DNA of 6,282 nucleotides from a virus (Duplodnaviria; Heunggongvirae; Uroviricota; Caudoviricetes): IMG/VR virus record IMGVR_UViG_2778261182_000001; one strand, 5' to 3'. Shown piece by piece: positions 1 to 5,998 of this stretch (position 1 is its first letter; each line of letters starts with the position of its first letter). The notes under the pieces were generated by a model. It saw only the letters and a program-made list of their open reading frames with translations, ran no database searches and was not told where the DNA came from. The position numbers and the translations under genes were made by a program.

Positions 1-71
<71 letters not shown>

Positions 72-131
72 ATTGGTCCTTCAGGGAATCAATATCATCA
101 GTGAACAAGTGCCCCCTCAGAACCGCCTTTG

Positions 132-159
132 ATAATACGGTTAAATGATGCAGGAGCAA
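132..159 (-). promoter_or_regulatory. Candidate sigma70 promoter upstream of the tRNA (TTGCTC - 16 nt - TATTAT)
   Basis: Minus-strand hexamers TTGCTC (159-154) and TATTAT (137-132), about 55 nt upstream of the tRNA 5' end and downstream of the terminator at 305-330. Hexamer match only. Confidence 0.2.
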
Positions 160-304
160 TAACGCATCAAGTCAAGTTATGTAAATTTATCTTTTTGTTC
201 TTATTTTTTGTGAACTTTTCACGCACAAGTAACACATGCCCGACAACATACAAACAAATTTATTTCTCTGGCAATTATTAAATGTGATATTTTTATACCG
301 CTGC

Positions 305-330
305 GTAAAAAAACCGCCCGACAGGGCGGC
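305..330 (-). terminator. Rho-independent terminator (minus strand)
   Basis: Minus strand reads CCGCCC-tgtc-GGGCGG followed by TTTTTTT (plus strand aaaaaaaCCGCCCgacaGGGCGG). Six-bp GC stem, 4-nt loop, 7-U tract. Confidence 0.5.
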
Positions 331-1135
331 AAGGATGACAAAAAGAGAAGTCCACATTTCCAAAAAGATTTGAGGTGTCGGGTGCCTCCCGAAACATATC
401 ACCTGCCTCAATAAGCAATATGTTGTGACCTTCGGCGTAAAATATTCCCGGTCACTCCCGCACTGGGATACCCCTCAAATTATATCTGCAACAGCATCAG
501 AATGACGCATCATCAGGCCCTGCCGGAGATAAAGCAAATCCCCACCGATAATGCGCCATTCTGATACTGTAAAAAAACAAGCACTGAAACCATAACAAAC
601 CGCACGCTATAGTTCGGGAGTGGGGGCATACACTTCTCAACAACCTGATCCCACGCAAAAACGCGCCAGTGCTAAACGAATAAGGCTTAGTCATATTCCT
701 GTGAAGCTGGCAGCGACATCATTAACCTGAACAATCAGGATTACAACTGCTATACACCAGTACTCCAGGTTACAGGGAAAAGATAATTAACCTCGTAAAA
801 GAATCTTTCCCAAAAACCAGCGCCAATAATAATTATCTGATGCAAGTTTTCAACAGGTAACACTGTCAAAAAATGCAAATATATCCATATGTTTTTGTTT
901 TTTTTATAAAAACATAAAAAACAATATCGCCAGTCAGCATTTTTCCGCACTTCACCAACCGTTTGATTGAATCTCTCTTCCTCCAGTTTTACACCAATTG
1001 CACGACGTCCCAGTGAAAGTACTGCCTTTATTATTGAGCCAAACCCCATAAAAAATCAGCAACCAAGCCTCCCTGATGATCGCCGACCGGTATTCGCAAC
1101 CACCAGCGCGTTTAACGTACTGCGCCGCTTTTCGG

Positions 1136-1162
1136 GCATAAAAAACCCGCTCATCGGCGGGT
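1136..1162 (-). terminator. Rho-independent terminator about 90 nt downstream of the ORF6N gene
   Basis: Minus strand reads ACCCGC-cgatga-GCGGGT followed by TTTTTTAT. Lies 3' of the CDS that ends at 1255. Confidence 0.5.
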
Positions 1163-1254
1163 TTAAGCTGTGTGGCGTAGTAACCACTCTTAACAGGATA
1201 TTCAACTTTTTACGATCGTAAAGCGTTCGGGGGAAATTTTTAAAGCCTCATCAG

Positions 1255-1827
1255 TCATTCCACCAGTTGCTCTTTACGGGCAACGATCCAGCCGCGTTGT
1301 TCCAGATAAAATTTGAACCGTTCCAGAGTGCATACCATCGCATCGGCGGGTACTTTTTCCGTGAAGTCGACCTGACCGTGTTTATCGAAGTGGATCAGTA
1401 ATGCGCATCCATCATTTTCGGTGGGGTAGTTTTGTGTTGCTGGTGGTTGTTTCTTACTGAAATAGCAGTCTTCCAGTTTTTCGAACACATCCCACGCCTG
1501 ATCGGTCTCGAGCTTTTTGGCGTGACGGGCTGCGCCTCGTTCTGTCCAGAGAATGAGGGAGCGGGCTTTCGGGGAAATTTGTAACCCTCTTAAAGATGGT
1601 TGCAAATTTTGTGAGTTACTTAAAGTAACCCGCAAATTTTTCAGGGCATCGCCACCAACTTTGAAAGAGTGTTTTCCCTCAACAAACCTTTCAGCATTAC
1701 GGGTGTAATTGACTTTGATATTGTTGATCTCGGTGCCGTAAAGCTGCGCCAAAAGTTCAGTAGTGATAACGGGGATCTGGTTATGGGTGATCGGGGAGAG
1801 AGTTTCAACAGAGATTTGAGTTGTCAT
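1255..1827 (-). CDS. ORF6N / KilA-N-like domain phage protein (antirepressor-like regulatory protein), 190 aa
   Basis: ATG at 1827 preceded by GAGGG 7 nt upstream. N-terminal half (ITTELLAQLYGTEINNIKVNYTRNAERFVEGKHSFKV ... LWTERGAARHAKKLETDQAW) matches the ORF6N-type DNA-binding domain pattern as I remember it. Followed by a terminator. Same orientation as Q, in the first position after tR'. Confidence 0.7.
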   Translation of the reverse strand: MTTQISVETLSPITHNQIPVITTELLAQLYGTEINNIKVNYTRNAERFVEGKHSFKVGGDALKNLRVTLSNSQNLQPSLRGLQISPKARSLILWTERGAARHAKKLETDQAWDVFEKLEDCYFSKKQPPATQNYPTENDGCALLIHFDKHGQVDFTEKVPADAMVCTLERFKFYLEQRGWIVARKEQLVE

Positions 1828-1857
1828 AATGACGCCCTCGAGTGGTTTCTAAATAAC

Positions 1858-1890
1858 TCACCACCGACGACGCCAATCGTCTGGTGGTGA
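1858..1890 (-). promoter_or_regulatory. Strong imperfect inverted repeat / RNA hairpin in the leader of the ORF6N gene
   Basis: Plus strand tCACCACCgacGACGccaatCGTCtGGTGGTGa: 8-bp outer stem and 4-bp inner stem around a 5-nt loop. Ends 31 nt upstream of the ORF6N ATG and is followed on the minus strand by AGUUAUUUAG. Confidence 0.3.
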
Positions 1891-1985
1891 ACTGTGCAGG
1901 GTTGGCGTAACCGGGAAACCGACCGGCGAGCTTTTAAGCTCCCCCACACAGCTCACCATAGTTCAGATGTGCGCCTGCATACGAC

Positions 1986-2010
1986 AATAAAAAACACGCT
2001 CGCGGCGTGT
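1986..2010 (-). terminator. tR'-like intrinsic terminator of the late promoter transcript
   Basis: Minus strand reads ACACGC-cgcga-GCGTGT followed by TTTTTTATT, about 55-60 nt downstream of the predicted pR' start. Confidence 0.55.
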
Positions 2011-2071
2011 ATCTGTCGCGGTTTCTATCCGGGACGCCAATCCCGACGCCAGATTTTGCTGGCGCGTGAGG

Positions 2072-2101
2072 AATATAGCCCCGGACAATGTGTCTGGTCA
2101 A
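2072..2101 (-). promoter_or_regulatory. pR'-like late promoter (with presumed qut region) directly after the Q stop codon
   Basis: Minus-strand TTGACC (2101-2096) - 18 nt - TATATT (2077-2072), beginning 5 nt after the Q stop at 2106-2108. Position relative to Q and to the downstream terminator matches lambdoid pR'/tR' architecture. Confidence 0.5.
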
Positions 2102-2105
2102 GCTC

Positions 2106-2492
2106 CTACATGATTCGTTCTACGTATCTGTCCATCTCCAGTCGGATATCAAGCATCATCAACATGCCATCAATAACTCCTTCCGCTTTCTGCAGGCGCT
2201 TACCAATACAGGTATCCGAACACCCATGCTTTCGTGCCAGCCCCATAAAAGTCATTCCACCTACGTAATAATCCACCAACAAATCGTGCAAATCCTGATT
2301 TTTCTTGTTCAACCGGGCCATACAGCCACAAATTATCATTGCATCATCATCAGAACACTGAGGGCGTGATTTCACTTTCGGCGGGATTAATCCTTTAAAA
2401 CCAGCAGCGATTGACGCCCAGGACACATCTTCGTGATTGTTTGCAGCCCATGCCCCCCACCGCTCCATAACCTGCTGAATATCACGCACCAT
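2106..2492 (-). CDS. Antitermination protein Q, phage 82 / QuuD-QuuQ type (128 aa from ATG 2492; alternative GTG start at 2501)
   Basis: Translation [61 protein letters not shown] ... matches the phage-82-type Q antiterminator family as I remember it. GGTGA sits 5 nt before ATG 2492. Start overlaps the rusA 3' end; promoter and terminator follow immediately. Confidence 0.85.
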   Translation of the reverse strand: MVRDIQQVMERWGAWAANNHEDVSWASIAAGFKGLIPPKVKSRPQCSDDDAMIICGCMARLNKKNQDLHDLLVDYYVGGMTFMGLARKHGCSDTCIGKRLQKAEGVIDGMLMMLDIRLEMDRYVERIM

Positions 2493-2853
2493 CGTTATCA
2501 CCTGTAATTTCGTAAATCTTCACGCCCAGCCGACCACCAGGAACGCGCTGACCGCGCACAATATTGATTTCATCAAACTGCTCGTCGTCGATAAGCAGTC
2601 CCGCATGCGTCAGCGCATCCGGTGGTGCCTTCAGGATATTGTCCAGGTCACGACGGCGCTTATCCGGTGGCTCTGCAGTAATTTTTATTGCCAGCCTTCC
2701 GGACAGGTTTAATTTCAGTCGCTGCTGGCGAACAATAAGTGCCACATACCGGCGATAACGCTCACCGGCTTTTGATACAAAATATGTGCTGCCACGACGT
2801 CGCCAGTAGGCGTTCACCGTCGGCGGGTAAGGCAAAACAAACTCTATACGCAT
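2482..2853 (-). CDS. rusA: Crossover junction endodeoxyribonuclease RusA (Holliday junction resolvase), 123 aa
   Basis: ATG at 2853 with GAGG 7 nt upstream. Conserved RusA-like blocks [39 protein letters not shown]. Classic position just upstream of Q. Confidence 0.85.
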   Translation of the reverse strand: MRIEFVLPYPPTVNAYWRRRGSTYFVSKAGERYRRYVALIVRQQRLKLNLSGRLAIKITAEPPDKRRRDLDNILKAPPDALTHAGLLIDDEQFDEINIVRGQRVPGGRLGVKIYEITGDNDGA

Positions 2854-2865
2854 CAGTAACCTCTT

Positions 2866-3915
2866 TTACCCGAGCACGCCGATTGCAAAGGCGTGCTCAA
2901 GAAAACGAAAAATTAAATCAACCTGGGAACCATGCTTTTCTTCGAACGCCAGCGGATCCGCATGAAGCTCGTTGTGATGCTCCCGACACAGCGGTAGCGT
3001 GAAAATATCGTGGGATTTTGTTCCCATTCCGCCCTGACCATGACCAATCAGGTGATGGGGATCGTCGGCTGTCTTACCACAACACGCACACGGCTGTGTC
3101 TTTACCCAGCGTGTGTATTTCTCATTAACCCAGCGGCGACGTTTAGGTCGTTTCATGAAAGATTCCGGAGACTCCGGATCAACGGCAATGCTGACCACCG
3201 CCTTTTCCTGTGGTGAGTTCTGTTGCTGGTGGACGTGAGGCGGTAGCACAATATTTTTTGTGCGCTGCTTCAGTATGCTGGTGGCGGTCTGCTCTCCCGG
3301 TACGATGTCGCTTTCGCGGTACACCGCGCGGATTTTTTCCGCACGTAACCCCAGAGAACGACGTAATACTGCCTCCGGAAGCGCGTCCGCCACTTGATTG
3401 CAAACCGCCCACCAGGATAATTCAGCCAGCGATAACTCCCTCTCCTGCGTGCCATTCATTGCATGGCGTATGACGTCAATCATCCATGCTGACAGGTTTT
3501 GATGAGCAAGTTGCCCGAGTGATTCGGATGTCTGGTCACGCAGCTGGTTGTCGCAGTGCCAGCACAACACCATCGCGCCGGTACCGTAACGATGTATGAC
3601 GATTTCACTGTGATGATAGTCACCATGAGGCCACTGGCAGGATTTGACATGACGCAACAGCCAGTCAGACAGTGCCCCAGCGCCGCCAGCAGCACGAATC
3701 ACCCGCTCATCGCTGAAAAATGGCAGTAATGATTTATCCTCTGCCAGCGGCTGGCGAACGGCAGGGACGACTCCGGATGGCAGGCCGCACATGCTTTTCG
3801 GTTCCGGCTCCACCAGCACTCGAGGATTGTGAAATACCTGCATGGATTCACGACCTGGCTTAAGGACCACCAGCCCGAGTTCCGGTACCAGAACAGGTCG
3901 AAGTAATACCCGCAC
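2866..3915 (-). CDS. YdfU-like phage protein (DUF968 family), 349 aa, GTG start, Cys/His-rich C-terminus
   Basis: GTG at 3915 preceded by GGAGG with a 4-nt spacer. C-terminal CACCG ... HHLIGHGQGG ... CREHHNELH cluster. Same length and synteny (Q-proximal, next to a Rem-like and a hok gene) as Qin ydfU, from recollection. A weaker alternative ATG start exists at 3843. Confidence 0.75.
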   Translation of the reverse strand: MRVLLRPVLVPELGLVVLKPGRESMQVFHNPRVLVEPEPKSMCGLPSGVVPAVRQPLAEDKSLLPFFSDERVIRAAGGAGALSDWLLRHVKSCQWPHGDYHHSEIVIHRYGTGAMVLCWHCDNQLRDQTSESLGQLAHQNLSAWMIDVIRHAMNGTQERELSLAELSWWAVCNQVADALPEAVLRRSLGLRAEKIRAVYRESDIVPGEQTATSILKQRTKNIVLPPHVHQQQNSPQEKAVVSIAVDPESPESFMKRPKRRRWVNEKYTRWVKTQPCACCGKTADDPHHLIGHGQGGMGTKSHDIFTLPLCREHHNELHADPLAFEEKHGSQVDLIFRFLEHAFAIGVLG

Positions 3916-3916
3916 G

Positions 3917-4195
3917 TTACCTCCAGATCCGTTGCTGGAATGTGCGGGACGGACGCGGTGGGCGTTCGGAATAAGGCAGCCTGACAGAGATTATCCAGTG
4001 CCGATAATCGAGACTGAGGGCTTTCTTAACCTCGAACCCGCGCCTGCGGTAAGAATGAATCAGCCATTCGGCCTGTTCTGCAGTGCATGGAGGGTGCTGA
4101 AACCATTCAGACTTGAATGCGTGAGAATACTGCCCGTGCGTGCAGGCAAGAACGGGCGAATTATCAGAATTGTAATATTTTACGTTGCGTGCCAT
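3917..4195 (-). CDS. Hypothetical phage protein, 92 aa, translationally coupled to the YdfU-like gene
   Basis: ATG at 4195 with GGAGA 6 nt upstream. Its TAA stop (3919-3917) lies inside the sequence GGAGGTAACGTG that carries the RBS and GTG start of the next gene. No family recognised. Confidence 0.6.
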   Translation of the reverse strand: MARNVKYYNSDNSPVLACTHGQYSHAFKSEWFQHPPCTAEQAEWLIHSYRRRGFEVKKALSLDYRHWIISVRLPYSERPPRPSRTFQQRIWR

Positions 4196-4261
4196 CGGTT
4201 TTCTCCGGTGGCACGGTGTTACTCAGCGGGAGTTCAGCCCCGCGCAAGATTGTAGATGAGT

Positions 4262-4513
4262 TTATTCTTCTGAAAAAGCAGAAAAGCCAGCTTTTATTCC
4301 GATCTCTTTCAATGCCTGTAATGAAGTGACAAACTCACCTTCGCGCAAGATAAATCCGTCCGTCACTCGGGCATCCACAAAATTAATTAACGCAGCCCCA
4401 TTTTTTTGCAAACACACAATGCGGTAATGACTAACAATATTTCCATTTTCAACGCACACAGCATAGAGGCCATCTTCACAAAAAATTTTACGCAGTTCTT
4501 CGATGTTCATCAT
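4262..4513 (-). CDS. Hypothetical small phage protein, 83 aa (Rem-like by size and synteny with ydfU/hokD)
   Basis: ATG at 4513 with AAGGA 6 nt upstream. Sits between the hok terminator and the 92-aa ORF. Qin has an 83-aa rem between ydfU and hokD; the match is by length and position only, not by sequence. Confidence 0.6.
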   Translation of the reverse strand: MMNIEELRKIFCEDGLYAVCVENGNIVSHYRIVCLQKNGAALINFVDARVTDGFILREGEFVTSLQALKEIGIKAGFSAFSEE

Positions 4514-4591
4514 CAGAATCCTTCCGGATAATTAGCTCTCCCCTTTAAGGGACCATCCCTCTTATCCCTGCGCGCTACTTAAGTATTTTTG

Positions 4592-4621
4592 ATTCTATTC
4601 CGGCACCGTCCAGAACTTCAA
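4592..4621 (-). promoter_or_regulatory. Candidate sigma70 promoter for the rem-like/ydfU-like/rusA/Q gene block (TTGAAG - 18 nt - TAGAAT)
   Basis: Minus-strand -35 TTGAAG (4621-4616) and -10 TAGAAT (4597-4592), just downstream of the hok terminator and about 80 nt upstream of the 83-aa ORF start. Confidence 0.4.
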
Positions 4622-4629
4622 ACGCGTTG

Positions 4630-4661
4630 AAAATAAAAACAAAAACCCGCCGAAGCGGGTT
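4630..4661 (-). terminator. Rho-independent terminator of the hok mRNA
   Basis: Minus strand reads ACCCGC-ttcg-GCGGGT followed by TTTTTGTTTTTATTTT, about 70 nt after the hok stop and preceded by the GGCGAGGGA-gaaa-TCCCTCGCC hairpin. Confidence 0.6.
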
Positions 4662-4729
4662 AAGTGTGGGTGCATTGAGGATGCCTGACTCATCAGAGGT
4701 GGCGAGGGATTTCTCCCTCGCCTGGTCTC

Positions 4730-4885
4730 TTACTCCTCAGGTTCGTAAGCTGTGAAGACAGCGACCTCCGTCTGGCCGGTTCGGATTCGTACCTCGCAGA
4801 GGTCTTTCCTCGTTACCAGTGCCGTCACTATGACGGTTAAACAGATGACGATCAGGGCGATTAGCATCGCCTTTTGCTGCTTCAT
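4730..4885 (-). CDS. hokD: Hok-family type I toxin (HokD/RelF-like), 51 aa
   Basis: Translation MKQQKAMLIALIVICLTVIVTALVTRKDLCEVRIRTGQTEVAVFTAYEPEE from ATG 4885. Single transmembrane helix plus the conserved Hok C-terminal region. From memory this matches E. coli HokD and is close to Gef/HokC. AAGGAGAAG RBS upstream. Confidence 0.85.
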   Translation of the reverse strand: MKQQKAMLIALIVICLTVIVTALVTRKDLCEVRIRTGQTEVAVFTAYEPEE

Positions 4886-4942
4886 AGCCTGCTTCTCCTT
4901 GCCTTTCGGCACGTAAGAGGCTAACCTACATGTGTTCAGCAT
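4730..4942 (-). CDS. mok-like upstream reading frame (70 codons), here in frame with hok
   Basis: ATG at 4942 with GAGG about 10 nt upstream gives a 19-codon in-frame N-terminal extension of hok (MLNTCRLASYVPKGKEKQA-). The other two frames are closed, one ending in a TGA that overlaps the hok ATG (ATGA). Position matches mok of hok/sok loci. Confidence 0.35.
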   Translation of the reverse strand: MLNTCRLASYVPKGKEKQAMKQQKAMLIALIVICLTVIVTALVTRKDLCEVRIRTGQTEVAVFTAYEPEE

Positions 4943-5005
4943 GGATTGAGCCTCAGATTAATGTTAAGCGTCTTGCAGGACGCGTAATGTTAACTGGGGC
5001 TTTTC
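4935..5005 (+). ncRNA. Sok-like antisense RNA candidate (about 70 nt) covering the mok RBS and start
   Basis: Plus-strand TTGCCT (4899-4904) - 17 nt - TAACCT (4922-4927) promoter-like hexamers. Predicted transcript has a short 5' tail, then a long stem (GCCTCAG 4950-4956 pairing CTGGGGC 4994-5000, one G-U) followed by TTTTCTC. Antisense to the mok SD and ATG. Confidence 0.35.
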
Positions 5006-5061
5006 TCTATCTGCCTTTTGGTGTTCATGCCTGAGGCAGATAGCCTCAAGCACCCGCAGCA

Positions 5062-5090
5062 ATTCTACTTAACTCACATCACCTCGCCAA
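5062..5090 (-). promoter_or_regulatory. hok mRNA promoter (TTGGCG - 17 nt - TAGAAT)
   Basis: Minus-strand -35 TTGGCG (5090-5085) and -10 TAGAAT (5067-5062). Predicted start just before GGUGCUUGAGGCUAUCUGCCUCAGG, which resembles the structured 5' end of hok mRNAs. Confidence 0.45.
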
Positions 5091-5097
5091 TATAAAA

Positions 5098-5187
5098 TCA
5101 ATCAGAGAGGTGATTCATAAGAACGATAACAAGACAATAAATTGCCATTACTGCCGCAATAGCCAGCGCACATTTCAGAACCAGCAC
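5098..5187 (-). CDS. Candidate small hydrophobic membrane peptide, 29 aa (MLVLKCALAIAAVMAIYCLVIVLMNHLSD)
   Basis: GTG at 5187 preceded by GGGAGG with a 5-nt spacer. About 21 consecutive hydrophobic residues with a short polar C-terminus. Candidate promoter TTGAAG - 17 nt - CATATT about 30 nt upstream. Too short for the supplied ORF track. Confidence 0.4.
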   Translation of the reverse strand: MLVLKCALAIAAVMAIYCLVIVLMNHLSD

Positions 5188-5298
5188 GATGACCTCCCAT
5201 ATTTGACGTACACGCGCATGATTCAATATGTAGCAACCTATTTCTTGCTTCAATATAAAATCAGGTATTGTTGTATAACTATTTAACTAACTCCCTAT

Positions 5299-5342
5299 CC
5301 CCACATCTCAGGCGCTCAACGTCTGTGTGCGGGGCGTTTTTT
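5299..5342 (+). terminator. Possible plus-strand intrinsic terminator or RNA hairpin in the DUF551-to-peptide intergenic region
   Basis: Plus strand CCCCACA ... TGTGCGGGG (imperfect stem) followed by CG-TTTTTT. The same sequence forms a hairpin in the minus-strand leader of the small peptide ORF. Confidence 0.25.
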
Positions 5343-5428
5343 AATACCTTACCCCCAGCGGCAAATAGAATACATCACCAGCGCCACCGCCATTGCAATC
5401 CCTACCGTTGTGAACGCTTCAGGTCAGC

Positions 5429-5998
5429 TCATTGATTCACCTCCTGCGGCGGTTCTGGTAGCGGCATCCAGTGAGTTGCTTGCTCAATACCATTACCCGG
5501 CTTAATCGTTGCATCTCCGCGCCGAAAGGTGCTTCCGGTATAGCGTGCGGAGCATATTAGCGGTTCAACCAGAGAGCTATCGAAATTCACCGAAATAAGC
5601 ACGTTCTGGCCCTTTTCAGGCATTCGATCACTACAGCTTATCCAACTATCCGGAGTTCCCGGAGAGTTGCCATTTACATCGAAGTTTGGCTCTGCGTCCT
5701 GAACCAGGAGGATGTAACCATTCTTGGCTGTATCAAGTTCTAGCGCCTCGGTGACGGTGCCGAAATAGCGATTACCTAAATCAGCATCACAAGTGCTTAC
5801 ATCAATGGAAACCTCCATGCCTTCGATTAATTCTGGCAAGTTGTAAGTTTGGCTTACAGGCTCGGCTTCCAGCGATGTCAGTGCAATTTTGAATAACTCA
5901 CCCTCTACTCGTGCTACCCCTGAATTGGGATGGCATTTCGCAATCGCTATTTTTAATTTGGCTTCTTCGATTAATTGCTCTTTGGTTAATTCAGTCAT
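5429..5998 (-). CDS. DUF551-domain phage protein, 189 aa
   Basis: ATG at 5998. C-terminal WISCSDRMPEKGQNVLISV ... ATHWMPLPEPP matches the DUF551 signature common in enterobacterial prophage nin regions, from recollection. Long ORF co-oriented with its neighbours. Confidence 0.8.
   Translation of the reverse strand: MTELTKEQLIEEAKLKIAIAKCHPNSGVARVEGELFKIALTSLEAEPVSQTYNLPELIEGMEVSIDVSTCDADLGNRYFGTVTEALELDTAKNGYILLVQDAEPNFDVNGNSPGTPDSWISCSDRMPEKGQNVLISVNFDSSLVEPLICSARYTGSTFRRGDATIKPGNGIEQATHWMPLPEPPQEVNQ

Noticed and set aside
187-1221. ORFs 187-411 (-), 497-694 (-), 750-1049 (-) and 967-1221 (+) in the coding-poor region
   Set aside because: No usable RBS (the nearest GGGAGG is 19 nt from the 750-1049 ATG; 967-1221 needs a TTG start). 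Compositions are driven by AT-rich or low-complexity DNA, and the ORFs run across terminator hairpins. More likely non-coding or decayed sequence.
3179-3695. Minus-strand ORFs 3179-3412, 3270-3455 and 3480-3695 nested within the YdfU-like gene
   Set aside because: They are alternative frames inside a 349-codon ORF that has a strong RBS and a conserved C-terminal motif; their translations are Gly/Arg/Cys-rich with no RBS.
1669-4329. Plus-strand ORFs from the six-frame track (1669-1890, 1894-2268, 2088-2369, 2564-2758, 2739-3002, 3010-3216, 3210-3473, 3842-4255, 4117-4329)
   Set aside because: All lie antisense to well-supported minus-strand genes (ORF6N, Q, rusA, YdfU-like, 92-aa ORF). They lack convincing RBSs and have Arg/Ser/Pro-rich, low-complexity translations typical of shadow ORFs.
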